Source of the DNA: Camelus ferus
Lineage: Eukaryota
NCBI RefSeq assembly: GCF_009834535.1
Contig: NC_045696.1
Coordinates: forward strand, 13,952,001 to 14,016,000
Length of the DNA: 64,000 nt
Reading direction: 5' to 3'
This document shows, one piece after another, positions 23,434-37,525 of this stretch (position 1 is its first letter; each line of letters opens with the position of its first letter). The notes below the pieces were generated by a model, which made no database searches, was not told the origin of the DNA, and saw nothing but the letters and a program-made list of their open reading frames with translations. Position numbers and translations under genes: made by a program.

Positions 23434-26400
23434 ATTTAGATGGGTATCCAGAAAATGAGCCCTTTGGTATAGTTCTTAACTGTGAACACTGGAACTAAAA
23501 CATTCAGGATAGGGATAGGATGGTAAAAATGCAACAGGTATATTACTCCATGCCTGAATGAGGTGTTGCAAATGATGACTGCCCAATAAATGTATTTGTA
23601 CTGCATAAATCCAAAATAATGTTGAACTACTTACTTGGCAAATATTATTCCACCGTTTCATATAAATGTAGTAATTATTATTATGTTTAGAATTAAAATG
23701 ACCTGTTCAACTGCAACTAGAGAAAAGATAATGGCATTTTTGTGACAAGCGTCTCGGTTCTAGAATGTCTAAGTTGTCTGTTGGGATCACACCTACTCTG
23801 ACCGTCCTGGACCAAGAAGTAAGAGTAGGACTTAGATAATCTTCTCACTATATTTCAAATAATCAAGACCAATGGAGACCAATTGTTGTTTATAGACTCT
23901 GCTTTACTATCTCGTGGGCATTGTGAGAGCTTTCTTTAATTTGTCTGACTCATTCTATGTACTCCACAAAAAAGACTTCCACTCTTCTAGTATCTGCCAG
24001 CAATGATGAAGCTGACCATAAACCACACTTTCTTTCATTTTGAGGCTTTGAATCTGACATTACAGGTTTTGCTCTCTAAGTCTCAACCATCTCAATTCAA
24101 TTCATCATATGGGTACTTTACTATGAACTTCTTCAGCTGTATCTACCAAATATTTCACACTAACAAGCATCTACTCAGAGATTCATATTTCAAATACAAG
24201 AAAACAAGGTCATTTAAACAATTATATATTTGTTCTTGCTGTATGCTAGGGTTTATGCTAGGCTCTGGAGAATACAAGTTTAAGTAATAATGTAATGGAA
24301 CTGATATACAGCTATCAACAATACTGTCAACTAACTATAATGTTAATTAGACTGATATAATCTCACAAGACAAGAAATGAAGTTTGGAGGATGTTTCCCA
24401 GAAAAAAGTAAAGCTCAGGTTAGGACATAGAAGATCATACATCTGAACAGGCAGAGTCACAGGAAAGGAAATAAGAAAGTGAAATATGCAAAGAGCATGT
24501 CTAAGGATTCTCCCTTGCCCTTCACATGTGGAAGAAATCTTGAGCTTGAACTAGAAAGGTTATGGGATACCATGGATGTCATGCTCACAAATTTAGACTG
24601 TAATATATAAGAAACTGGAGATCAATAGAAATTTCTGAGGAGTAATTTTAGTATTTCATTCTGTCACCTATATTTAATGCACATTCTTGGGGACAGATTT
24701 CTAAATGAGAACTTTCATTTGCTTGTTTTAGTCAATACTTATTTTCCAATAATATTTGCAATTCACTTTTTTTCCCCCATGTTTTATCATTTGGAATGAT
24801 TCTGGCCAGAAAGGTATTAGAAATATTTTGTAGTTTGTGTTTTAACTCTTATCAACTTGCCTGAAAGGAAGCCCTGAGACAAGAATTGTATCTTCTACAT
24901 AATTTGTTACTTTCAGAGTATCATTTAATAAAATGTTAGCAATTGATTCACTCTGCTTTCAAGGGAGCACAGCACTTTAGATATAAATTATTTATTAAAT
25001 GTAAAAAACTACCTTGATATCTTCTATCCGTCAGAAGTTGTCCTGATTGACAAAAATCTCTATTTAGCATTTTCCTGTGTTCCTGACTCATATCTCATTG
25101 TGTTGCGCACAGGTCATGTTTCCTCATGGACAGAGGAAAACTTTGGAGACAAAGCAGTTCTCTGAAAGGAGCTGAGTGTTCCAGCTCAGAAGCAGCAGGT
25201 CATTCTGATTAATGACCATTTCAAGCATGTTTGTGTGGAAAGGGATAAAAGGCATTTTGAAGAATGTCTCTCCATTAAAACCAAAATATATTGTTAGGCT
25301 TTTATTGTTGGCTGAAAAATCACAACAGTAAAAAAAAGTTTCATTGTAGACAAAAATAAAATTTAGCTATGAAAATTAAAATCATTAATTTATTGATTTT
25401 ATATTACTTTTAAAAGTAGTAGTCTAAATTTGGTGGGCTTTCATTTTTAACATGTTGTAACAGTATACTCTTACAATCCATAAACACAAAGAGTTGGACT
25501 CAGTTTTTTTTTCTTTTTGTTTTGTTTTTTAATATATCTGAGGTACAGAGAAGTTAATTTGTCCAAGATCAGCTAGTCAGTAGTGTATTTTAAACTCAGT
25601 TTTACTTTTAAAATTCTGCTTTTTAAACCATATCATCCTATGCAAGAAGCAAAAATTAATTAATTAACTAATTAATTAATTTGTTAATTAATTTTTAAAA
25701 AGCACTCATCTTGATGGTGGTGAGCAATCTCTCGGGTAATAAAGTATCTAGTTTTCTTACTAATATTATCTAAGCATTTGATATCAAGGAAATATTGATC
25801 ATTACGTCTTCAAAGATCTGAATAATGTGGCATTTAGTTATCAGGAATATATGCCATTAATAAATTACACTTATACAAATTTATTTTATAAATCCTAGAA
25901 CAAGGTTAAATGAATGCTGAAAAATATTCTCAATGGATACAGCAGAATGCATGATGAAGTATCTAAGAATTTTTATTTGAGCAAGTGGAGCAAAAATTGA
26001 GAAATGATGATATGAAAGCAATAGTGTCTAGAAACTGGACAGTATTGCAAGCAAAGAGGCCCTACTTAACGTCTGATGCCTCTACGCAAAGACGAGTGTT
26101 CCGGCCGAAGACCCAAACGAGGAGCGGACTTTCTGACATAGGACACAGTGAAGTCTCAGTAAACCCAATCGGCTACCACAGTCTCATAACTACTAAATTA
26201 GACATTTCTACTATGAGACTGACTTAAGTAATTGGATTTTACATAATGATAGAAGGAAAAATAAAAAGCATCAACAAGAAAATTGAGATTATGAAACATT
26301 TTTGCTTTGTTCTTTGATATGTTGTCCTCAGAATATTTTTGCTGCTGCTTAAAACAGCGCAGTGCAGGTCTGTAAAGATAAATTCTAAATTGCTTAAGCT

Positions 26401-27624
26401 CATAGTACCAGGCTCCTGTGAAGCAGTGGTCAATTGACTGCAGATTCATTCCAGCCCCTTAAAAATCATGAAATAGGCCAATTTTGTACAAATTCTATTA
26501 TAAGGAATTGGGATTTTTTTTTTTAGTTTGTCCATTGTTCCTTTCAACCCCCAAAGATGTCTTATATGTAATAGGTACACATAGCTATTCATTACTTGCC
26601 TGGATTTCTTATTCTGTTGCATAAACAACCATATATATACATATATTGTTTTATTTGATATATAAAATGAGCTCTATTAAGAATAAAAATATTTTTCTTT
26701 TTTAAAGGTGTTTTCTGAAACAATAACACTAAGGAGCCAGAGAGATACAGAGAGAAAGAATATTTTTATTGAGAGACTGAAATCCTGCATATCCTCTGAG
26801 CTGAGTTAGGGTGGAAGGATGACTTAACATCCCTTCTCTCCATGTCCACATACTCTTCTTGAGAAATCTACTTAACCTGGATTTTCCTTTTTTTGATAGA
26901 AAAATTCTTTGAACACGTTTTTTCCTTTTAAACTTAGTTACCAGGGTCACGCTTTCCTGGCGTACCAGCTGGTGATCCTTGGTGACTTACCTCCTCACCT
27001 CAATTTCTTCATTTTTATAATTGGATAAAATTATGTCTTTGGCAGGATTAGACTAGGAATTCAAGGAGACATTATATAACAAACACCTGTCACCTAGTGG
27101 AAGGCAGCTGACCAATGTTAGGTCCTTCCTACTATTATTTTTACTGGTTTTATTTACATGTTCTAAAACATGGAGATTTCAGTCAACAAATACTCAACTC
27201 ACACTTACATATCAACTGTGTGACCGTCACTGTCCTGGCCACAAAGATAAAGTGACATAGTTCTTACTCTCAAACAAGTTACATGGCAGTTAAAAAAAAA
27301 AAAAAAGATAATGGAAAGAAAGAAAATCTCCATGTGTTTTTAAGCCCATTAGAAACAATAGACTATATCTAACTCAAGAAGAAAATTGTTTTCAAGTGCT
27401 GTAAGGTTAAAATGGACACTTTGCATAGGAATTTCACTATGTCTCTTTCTATGTCGTAAGTCTAGCACTGCGTCCGGAACAGCTCTACCAGCAGAATGTT
27501 CACACCATCCCTGATGGAAAGGCAGTGGGAACCAGGAAATGTTCTTGTAAGAGCAGAGGATTTCAAATGCGGGTGACCCTTACTGATACTGAGAAGCACA
27601 TTTTACTTTGGAATCTATTTCTCC

Positions 27625-27631
<7 letters not shown>

Positions 27632-27664
<33 letters not shown>
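27632..27664 (+). repeat. (TG)n microsatellite, ~16 units
   Basis: Direct reading. Confidence 0.95.
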
Positions 27665-27668
<4 letters not shown>

Positions 27669-30600
27669 CTTTCTCAAGAATGAAACTTTCAGGAAAAAAA
27701 AATGTGTGAGATAATGCTGAACTTCTCTATTCCATCCCATCCCATCCCATTTTCCTCTATTCTTTCTCACTGAAAGGAGTACTGGTCACCAGCAATAAAT
27801 AGATCCTCTGACCCACTAATAATACAAAACTTGTATACTGAAAATTTTTGCTATGGAGATGATCCACATGGGAGTTATTGAAGCAGCTAATTCTATGTCT
27901 TCCTGCTTGACCTTATCTCAAACATTTTCCATTCTTTTATACAATGGCCCACTGTCTCTCTCAGTAAGTAGAACAAAATTCCTGTAAAACTACAGTTCTA
28001 CCATGGATCACTAGATTTCTGTGGAAGAAATCTTAGATTTCTGGATACTGCCAGATGAAATGATAAACCTTAGAATGAAAGATAATTTAGAACAAAATCA
28101 GAGTTGCTATTCCAAAAGGGATAAATAACAATTAGGAAAGTATATTGATGAAAATTGAAATCAATTAAACATGACTCACATATAGCTCTGCTTATATTAG
28201 TAACCCAAGAAGAATATTAATCAAGTAGATATTCAAGTTTGAATTATTTCAAGTAAAACTCTTAACAAAGTTTAATGTTCTTTAATGTTCATATAGTGTT
28301 TTACAGTTTATATGTCCTTCAATACACATGCATGACATTATGAACACCATCAGTTGTATTACAGAAGATACAGGTGGCTACTTCTTTCACAAAGATACAA
28401 ATGTTAAAAAAAAAAAAAAGATACTGCATTACAATGTCCTTATAATGGGGAATTTGCAGGTTGCTAATACGCAAGACTAGAAGAACCCCGACAAAAGGAC
28501 CAGCACATTAACTGGTAAGTCCCACAAATTCAGCCATGGGTCCTGGACCTTCATGCATCAGTCCAAGGTGACTAGTTTCTCCACGTGGTGAGGTATCACA
28601 AGTGATCCTAACTTCAAGATGGAAACCCAGGGGACCTTCTGCTCAGACTGTAGAATCTACTTCAATAATCCCATTCTCGGGTATAAGTTCTTTGTCAAGG
28701 ATGGGACAGGGAGAAAGTGTTGGCTGGAAATGCAGGCCCTGAACACAGCACTGGTAGACGACAGCGTCACAGAAAGAATCGCAGCAGGCTTTGTGGATCT
28801 GGGAACTATCTTAAAAGGCATGAGAAGAGAATGAGGTGGCTTGGATAGGAAGACAGAGGGAGAGATGTTAAAGGGAGCCCCGAGGACCTGACTGAAGTTT
28901 CCAGAAAACAGAAGATAATGGTTCTGATGGATTTGTTTTTAGGGGATGGTCTGATAGTTTTTCACCAAGTATTCTAACCCTTTCTGCCTTACTAATGGGT
29001 GGGATATCTACCCATGACGATGTGGGTGAAATCTACCACCTTAGTGAAACTGCAGGCAGAAATAATGTCATGTTTAGTTAAATTCCCTGGTAGATGGGAG
29101 TGAGGAAGACCTACTTCTATGTTATAATTCATAAAATACCTCATTTTTAGAAAAATTTTTTAAAATAATTATTTAACCTAATTTTAGGCCCTAATTCTCA
29201 AAACACTGAATTAGAGTGTTTGCTGTGACTCAGCCTCTAGAGCAACCTGAGGTAACTGGGTGCCTAAAAAGTCAGCCTTTAAAAATAGTCTGATAATACA
29301 GTTTTATCAGACAAAAAATTGTAATTTAAACTAATTTCCATCCACCTTTCTTGGAAGCCTTTTAAAAATATCACATGTCCTCAAAGGAACTTTGGGAAAC
29401 CAAAGAATTAAAAAGTAACACCTCTCACCATAAAGATACTTAGAATCCAATTAAGGAAATATACACGCAAGCAGAACCCTAAAGCAAGCGAGTCAGAAGG
29501 GGCTTCTACGTCACTCAGCCAGTCGACATCCTTTGAGCCAGTATGTGTCAAGTACATGATGAGTACAGAGTGGTGAGCAAGATAGAGAAGATTCCTGACC
29601 TCAGAGAGCTTCCCTTCTACTGACGTTACCATGTCAAGTCACTGGACTGGTAATAATCCAAAGTGTGCAAGCCAATGCTGACTTTAGCATATAGTCCGAC
29701 TCAGATAATTGTTATTTCCTAGGCAAAGTAATATTATATCTCTGGCTGCTTCTTACCTCTTGTTTTGCCCTGACCCCTTTCCATCACCCTGTCACATGTT
29801 AACTAAAAACAAAAAGAGATCTTTAAAAATAAATAGTTTCATAACTGAAAGTGAAGAGTCTGGGGAAGTCTTGTTTTCTCATTCATACAAATATATAGCT
29901 GTACGGCACAGACCACACAGGTAATCCAGGTGAGAACCAGGTACATGCTTTACAAGGATCTGCTTTGTTCAGTGCTGTACCCTCAGTGCCTATAAACCGC
30001 CTGGTTCGAGTCGGTGCTCCTTGAGTATTTGATGAATGCATATAGGAATGAATGAATAAATGAGTGGATAAAGATTTGGCATACTTCAGAAAGTTTCCTG
30101 ATTTGCAGTTTACATTGAGAAGACTTGTTGAGCCAGACACTCTGCTAAATGCATGTAATATCTAGCTTAGTCATCATAACCATCCAATAAGGCAAATCAT
30201 AACAGAAAACTCATTTTGCTGACACATTAGCTGGCTTTATCTTAATGAGATTATTTGCCCAAGATCACAGAACAAAATTAGGTTTTGAATTCAGACCCAT
30301 CAGCCACCAGTGTGTATTTTTTTTAACTTTATTGGGGTATAATTGATGAAATTGTAGATATATATATATTTGAAGTGTACCAGGTGATGATTTAACATAC
30401 ATACACTCTGTAAAATGATTACTGCATTCAGGCTAATTAATACCTCTGTTACATCACAGAGTTATATTTTTTATTTTTCTTTGTGGTGAGAACACTTAAG
30501 GTCTCTCTTTTAGCAAATTTCAAGTACACAGCACAGTATCATTATTTATACCAGTCATCATGCACTGCATTAGATCCCCAGAGTTTATGCATCTTATAAA

Positions 30601-30806
30601 TGAAAGCTTGTCCCTTCTGACCAGTATCCCTCATCTCCGCTATGCCCAGCCCCTGGTAACCACCATGCTACTTTCGGTTTGTATAGGTCTGCCTTTTTTT
30701 GTTGTTTGTTTTAGAGTCCACATGTAAGAGTGATCATACAGTATTTGTCTTTCTCTGCTTGGCTAATTTCACTTAGTGCATCATCTAAGGTTCATCCACA
30801 TTGTTG

Positions 30807-31031
30807 TAAATGCCAGGATACCCTCCTATCTCATGACTGATTATATATAATATATATATATATAATATATATATACACACATACACACACTTTATATATT
30901 TTATATATTTATATATAATTTAGATATCTATAGATAACAAAAAGTATATTTATGTGTGTGTGTGTGTATATATATTATATATATATATTATATATAATCA
31001 GTCATGAGATAGGAGGGTATCCTGGCATTTA
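30807..31031. repeat. Inverted repeat (fold-back duplication) around a TA/CA microsatellite
   Basis: taaatgccaggataccctcctatctcatgactgattatatataata... at 30807 is the reverse complement of ...tattatatataatcagtcatgagataggagggtatcctggcattta ending at 31031. Confidence 0.95.
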
Positions 31032-31095
31032 TATATATAGCTCACATCTTTATCCATTTCTCCATCAACAGACACTCAGGTTGTTTCCATAGCTC

Positions 31096-31246
31096 TTTTT
31101 TGTATATGTATTTTTTTTATTGAAGTGTAGTCAGTTTACAATGTTGTCTCAATTTCTTGTGTACAGCACAATGCTTCAGTCATACATGAACATGCATATA
31201 TTTGTTTTCATATTCTTTTTCACTGTAAGTTACTACACCATCACCC
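31096..31246 (-). mobile_element. Short young L1 3' end nested in the older L1
   Basis: ttttttttattgaagtgtagtcagtttacaatgttgt...; 14-bp TSD tgtttccata(g/t)ctc at 31082-31095 and 31247-31260. Confidence 0.85.
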
Positions 31247-32329
31247 TGTTTCCATATCTCAGCTATTGTGAATAATGCTGCAGTGAACGTGGGAGTGCAG
31301 ATATAATTTTGAGCTATTGATTTAATTTCTTTTGGATATATACCCAGAAATGGGATTCTTGGATCATATGGTAGTTCTTTTTAAATTTTTTGAGGAAACT
31401 CCATACTATTTTCCATAACAGCTGAATCAGTTTACATTCCCACCAACAGTGCACAAGGGTTCTCTTTTCTCCACATTCTCCTCGACACTTATCATCTGTT
31501 GCCTTTTTGATAAAACCCATCCTAACAGGTGTGAGGTGTTCTCTTACTGTAGTTTTAATTTGCATTTCCCTCATGATTAGTGATCTTGAGCCACTTTTTG
31601 TGTATCTGTTGGCTACTTGTATGTGTTCTTTGGGAAAATGTCTATTCAAGTCCTTATACTTTGTAAAACTCTAGTGACCATTGAATGAGTTTGAATGAAT
31701 GAATGAGTCAATCAAACTATCAATCAGTCAAGAAAACCAAGGCCACAATGGTTGAAGCATCTAAAATATTGATAATGGGAAAGAACAAATTATCATTACA
31801 ATAATGTCTATACACTTATTAATCTACAGCCTCATTTGGAGTTAGGTTTACGTAAAAGACTAGGTGAGCAACTGCAGTACACACAAATAATCTGTAAGAA
31901 TCCAACAAGTTCAGAAACTCAAAGTCACAATGGAGCAGACTACAACGTCTTTGAAGAATCAGGAACTGTTCGAAGAAATTCACTGTATTTTCACCGTTTT
32001 CCATATTTACTGTTTTTGGAACTAATTTTTTTTAAAGAAAACTACTCTAGTTTTAATCTTGTACATTGGGAAGTCACTTCTCATGCCACTTTCCTCTCGC
32101 CCTTTACAAAAGAACCCACCATTTTTGATATTACCAGATTCCTGAGTAAATGGCTCTAACCACACACACAGCCAGAATATCGTAACTCCTCTTCAAGAAA
32201 ATAAGTTAGGGGGAAAAAACATTATTGTTGAAAAATTCAAGAACAATCACAACAAAACCTATCCGCTTGTAACGAAAAGTGGTGTAAAGTTAAACACGTA
32301 TGTTATGGGAACACAGAATAAATGAACAA

Positions 32330-33350
32330 ATGCTGGTGAAACCTTGTTGCAGCCCCTTCCCCTGTATCCATTCTAGTTACATGTCCCTTCTGCATTTTTC
32401 ACCTCCATGACTCTTACAGACATCTACAAATAAACTCTACCTTTGGTGTCTCCTCTTGTTTTTCACCTGCTCCCTCTTTGTTGGCCACCACTACCTTCAT
32501 TCTGCTGAAATACTGGGTTAGTGGTCACCGATGCCTTGCTAGTGACCAAGCTCAGTAGTTTCTTCTCATTCTTAAATTTACCTGCCCTTTCTAAACTGTG
32601 TGCCATGGGACCTTTTTACTACACTCTCCTGAAACTCTCTCTCTTTTTTTTTAAATCGTCTTGAAACTGTCTGATTCCGCATCATCTTGGATCTCTCCCC
32701 ACTCATCTTACCATAAGTTCCCTACTCCTATTTCCTTCTATCCAGTCCTCACATGTAGGCACTTTGCACAATGTAGTACCATGCTCTTTTATTTAAGCTC
32801 CATATTCCGTCCCAGGATGATTGCATCTTCTTTCATGTTTTTCACTGTCAATTTTGAAGATAATTTAAAAAGGGTTCACATTCAGAATCTTAACTATTTT
32901 TGTGAGAAAAGTCTTGAATGTCAACTAATTCCTAAGTTCCTCTTGCCATATCTGTTAACCATCAGCTGTAACTTGTCAAATTTGACCTCATCATTGTATC
33001 TTCTTACTGATACTAATATAAACTGTTACTGAAGTAATGACTCGAAATCTTGGTACTGGTTTGATTTTTATTCTTCCCTTAACCTTCACAACCAATCAGA
33101 TTAGCCTGTACTTTTAAAATGTTCTACACAGCTACCATGTCTTCTCATTTCTATTCTACTCTCTTATGTGGGCCTATGTGACTTCTTTTGGGCAATATTA
33201 CAAGAACTTCCTTGTGTCTGATTGCTTTGCAATCTAGTCTCTGTATTGAATAAAACAAAATTGAATTAATAAAATAGAGTTGAATAATAAAACAGAATTA
33301 TCATCTTACAACAGTTCAGATAACATCATTCCTTAAGTTCAGTGGTGTGC
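32330..33350. mobile_element. Degraded L2 fragments
   Basis: Pyrimidine-rich sequence with L2-like phrases (ggtcaccgatgccttgctagtgaccaagctcagt..., ctcctgaaactctct...); weak. Confidence 0.4.
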
Positions 33351-36300
33351 CAATGATGATAACTAGAATTAATATCTATTTAGAATTATTTTGGAGGCTA
33401 AATGATATATACTTTACCTCAGAATTCAAAAACTGTGGGCCAGATTGGTCCTGCATTCATTTATTTAATCAGTAATCCACCCAGTCAATAAGTAACTATG
33501 GAAAATCTCTGTATGCCAGTCACTGTTCCAAGTTTTGTTCAAGTGACATATGTTGATTGCCCCAGTATTTTTTTTATTTGAGCAGATTTTCAAGATTTTA
33601 AAAGGGAGAGATTAAAAAATACCTTGCTATTCTCTTTTTTTTTTTTTTTTTTTTTTTTCAGTCTGGTAAGGTTCAGCCTGACTCCTACAGGACAGTCTAC
33701 AAAATCTGCAGAGATGTTTTCTTTTGTCCTGGGATGTGGTCTGTACTGTACTGCAGTTTGCAACTTTCTTTTAAACTGAGAACTAATATGATTAGAAGTT
33801 TTTAATGTAATTGCCCTGTTTTCCATCATAAAGTAATATTTAAAAAGTGAAATATTTCTTCAACACTAGCCTCAACCAAAAGGGGAAAAACAAGGACTGA
33901 GAGATCTCTCTTTTTAAAAAAATTGGAAGAGCGTACTTTGCAAAAGAAGACTGTTTCTGCATATTGGGTACACTAACCAAGTGTGTTTGTCAGGAAAAAA
34001 ATGCAGCCTAAGATACCATTTGATGATATACGATGAGCTGAATTCTTATGTGTGGCTCTCTTGCGCTCAATTATATAAACTCCCTGGCTCTCACTGCTGT
34101 TTACATATGGGGTCTGGTCTTTGCATGAAATATCTTACTTAATTCTCATAACTCTGTGTAGTTGGTACTAGAAATCAGAGAAAGTAAATAACACGCTCAA
34201 GGACATTCGGTTAATAATTTTTGAAGCCAGAATTCTTAGCTCAGTCTGCATCCAAATGCATCCTTTCAGTACAGTTCTTCCACATAACAATCTGCGATTT
34301 GGTTCCAACCTACTTTTTTCGATTTATTTCTTGACCGCACTCCAAATTATTCACCAGGTTCCTCTTACACCGTGCTTTTAGGTACATTTGCTTTTGTTTG
34401 GGACACTGCTTTATTTCTCCAATGCTGAAATGCTCTTTCTAAGCCTGTTCGTACATTCACCCTCTCAGAAGAGCCCCCTTTATTCTATGAGATCGCTATT
34501 TACATGATAACAACTGCATTTCTCCTTGTAACAAGGCAATTGTGTAGGTTTGTTTCCTACCATTTGAGTATAAAGTACATTGAAAAATCCAATACAGCAT
34601 CCAGCCCAGTTTCTTTTTTAAATTATATACTAGAAATTCCATTTTTATTTATTACATTGTAATTAGAGAAGGCTACCTGGACAGACAATGTTTTGAATAA
34701 CCATCCCCAAAATATTGTTTTTCTTTCTAATTTTATGACCATTAACAAATATGGAAATACTACGGTGTGGTAATCATTTTATGTATAGTCTTCTGCTTCT
34801 TTAAGAGATAGTGGATATTCTGTTGGCGTGAGGAACTGACATCACATTTGGAGCACATGCTTAGCTTGTAGCAGATGTTCCAAAACATGTGGATTATTGT
34901 GTAAGTAAATAAATATTGGACATCACACACAAGCATTACTAGTTTAGCATCAACAGTGGGGTCCAAAAGTGTTTGTACCTTTTTCCAGCTTCCTCACCTT
35001 TTTGCTAAAGGAATTGGGGTATCATAGACTCACAGTAATGACTTTTGAAAGGTTCAACAATTGCCTTTTCTTTACAAAAACCCTATTGAGAAGTAATACT
35101 TGTGCATTGGTGTATTTCTTTCCAAAACCTTCTACCAGGAGAACAGTCCAGAGTTTTTTTTATTTATAACTACCAGAGTCCCTTGAGAAATAAACCACAA
35201 CACAGCCACCAAGCTCTGCTTTGTAGTTTGCATTGACTTTAATAGGAGATGAGTATTCCACTTGACCCCAGTGCAGAGGTGATTGTCAGCGGAGACATTT
35301 CCAGAGTGCAAATAGGATGTGATTTACGATGCACTTCACAAACCACATCAGCTGCTTTTCTCCATTATGTTGCTTAACTCTGACCTGTATGAGGAACTCA
35401 CCTCCCAAAGGCTGTGCAAGGCGAGGCACACAGAGAATCATGTTTTCTATTCTTGACACACAGCCTCTGTTTCCTTCAGGCTCAAGTGTTAAAAAGCATC
35501 CGTCTGATAAAACGCTTTCTCTAGAATTACTAGTGCACTGCACACTAAAACTCTGAAAAGTTTCTTCAGGAAAAAAGAAGAAGAACTGGTTGTTATATTC
35601 AATTTTACATTTGCCATGTGTCCTGAGATTGTAATAAAGATGTGTGTGTGTGCGCATGCATGTGCGGAGAGGAGAGAGAGAGAGAAATCTCCTTTTCTTG
35701 CTGTTGACAAAAGCAAAGAGACTTCAGTAGAACCTTCTGTACCACCAAGGGTTATGTTACAGTAGTTTCAAAAATCTATACTTCTTAACAACTAAAAAGA
35801 TAGAACTTTTGTCCATGTATATTTTTTCTTCAAGAGCCATTAGACAGTATTCTAAGACTTTTTTTCTATGCATCCTTAAGTATTCCCGCTCTGGTGTTGA
35901 TTTTAATGGGACTTGTTCTAAGTAAGTTCTGAAATAGCCTCAGCAAACGAGCACTGGATTAGAACCACCAGAGCATGTCAGTCATAGAAAACGAGGTCGT
36001 GCTCATCCTAATTTGCAGCAGTTTCTACCTCAACAGAAATGTCAGGCTTCATAGAAGAAAGAATTTAGGCTAAGAAAGAAAGAAAGTTTGAAGAGTTTTA
36101 TTGCAATCTTGAAATGGTTCTCAGTTGGCCTGTAAATGACATTTGAACCAGAAACTCCCAACTCTTCGGGCTCCAGGATAAAATTAGAAGCTACCGAGGG
36201 TAGTCTTGAAGATAACCAAATGATCACCAAGATGATGAGGAGGAGAGGGAGTAAACCAGAGAGTTGTAAAAAGTACTTTAGGAATTGTAGAAGTGGTGAG

Positions 36301-37319
36301 AGGAAAGGGTATCATGCCCCCTAGTGTACAGAGGTGGCCCTGCAGCTGTCTTCTCTTCCTTAACAAAAAGGATGTCTGTCTGTGTTAGGGATTTCTAGAG
36401 GCTCTTGAATTGTGCGAAAATCAAATAGACCCTCTCCACAATCATGATTTGTTTTTAATTTCAAATATTTTTTTTTTATTTATAACTCTAGGTAATAAAC
36501 ACATCATGTACGTTACCTCTGGTGCTTGAACTATCTGCCCTCTAGTGATGCCCCACCACTCTTAGCACAGAGAAGCCGCACGGTTGTGCTGGGCAATATT
36601 GCACATTAAGAAAATGTTCTGTGAAAAGGAGATGCCTTCTTCCATTTTTTTTTTTTTTTGAGACTTTCTGCCCATTTTGGATTAGCCTTTTAAATGTTCA
36701 CCATCCAAACACCTAGGCTATGACCCACAAAATGTCTTGTTCTCTCTGGGAGAATTTTTGCAAAGTTTACCTTCCTTAAAAGTTATCAGATAGGATTCGA
36801 GGCATTTTATATCCCAAGGTGAAAGAGAGAGGGTAAGAAGATGAGGAAAAATTAGAGGCTACTGCTTACGTATCGGTTCTTCCTTCACCCATATCCCACT
36901 AGACTGAGTTCCATGGTTGCAATCCTGAGCCTATGAATTTTCCGTTAATAAAGTGACTTTTTTCCATCCTCTGCTTAACATTATGGGTCTTGTTCAACAG
37001 CTACACACAAAGTGTTATTGATATCAATTTCAATCCATGCTAAATTTAATATGCTAAAGCAAAATGCTACAGAAAACTGTCCACAGTTGGCTTATAAGAG
37101 AGTCTCTTTGATTTTTCCCAGGTGTGTTCTCATCAAAACTTCATGATCTTAAGCAAATTTCATTTTCTCTCTTTTTTTTTTTTCTGGTTTCTAGAACTCT
37201 GTTGAGCTTTACCAATGAATGTTCAATCTACATTAACCAGAGAAGACCACAAAGTCAATCCACTATCTTCCACAGTCTGTAGTTCGTCCCAAATAACTGA
37301 TGCCGGCTGTCTGGCAAAA

Positions 37320-37525
37320 GCAGGGTGTAGTAAAAAGAACAAACACGGATTTTGAATCCAAATTCTAATCCTAACTTTACCACCTACTCGCTATTTGGTC
37401 TTAGACAAGTCACTTACACGATTGGATCCAATTTTGTTTTAACGGGGATGATAATGTTTTCAGAGTTTGCGTAAAGTATTCAAAATGCCAGGCTTAAATT
37501 AGGTAATGAATAAATGATGACTACA
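37320..37525 (+). mobile_element. MIR SINE
   Basis: tctaatcctaactttaccacctactcgctatttggtcttagacaagtcactta...ggggatgataat core. Confidence 0.6.

Larger units (their letters stand above)
30315..31652 (-). mobile_element. Older L1 (L1MA/MB-like) 3' portion, with a fold-back duplication and a nested younger L1
   Basis: ORF2 remnant MNRHFPKEHIQVANR...[23 protein letters not shown], plus 3' UTR motifs. Confidence 0.9.

Noticed and set aside
25653..25693. (TTAA)n self-complementary run, and (CCATC)n at ~27730
   Set aside because: Ordinary low-complexity simple repeats.
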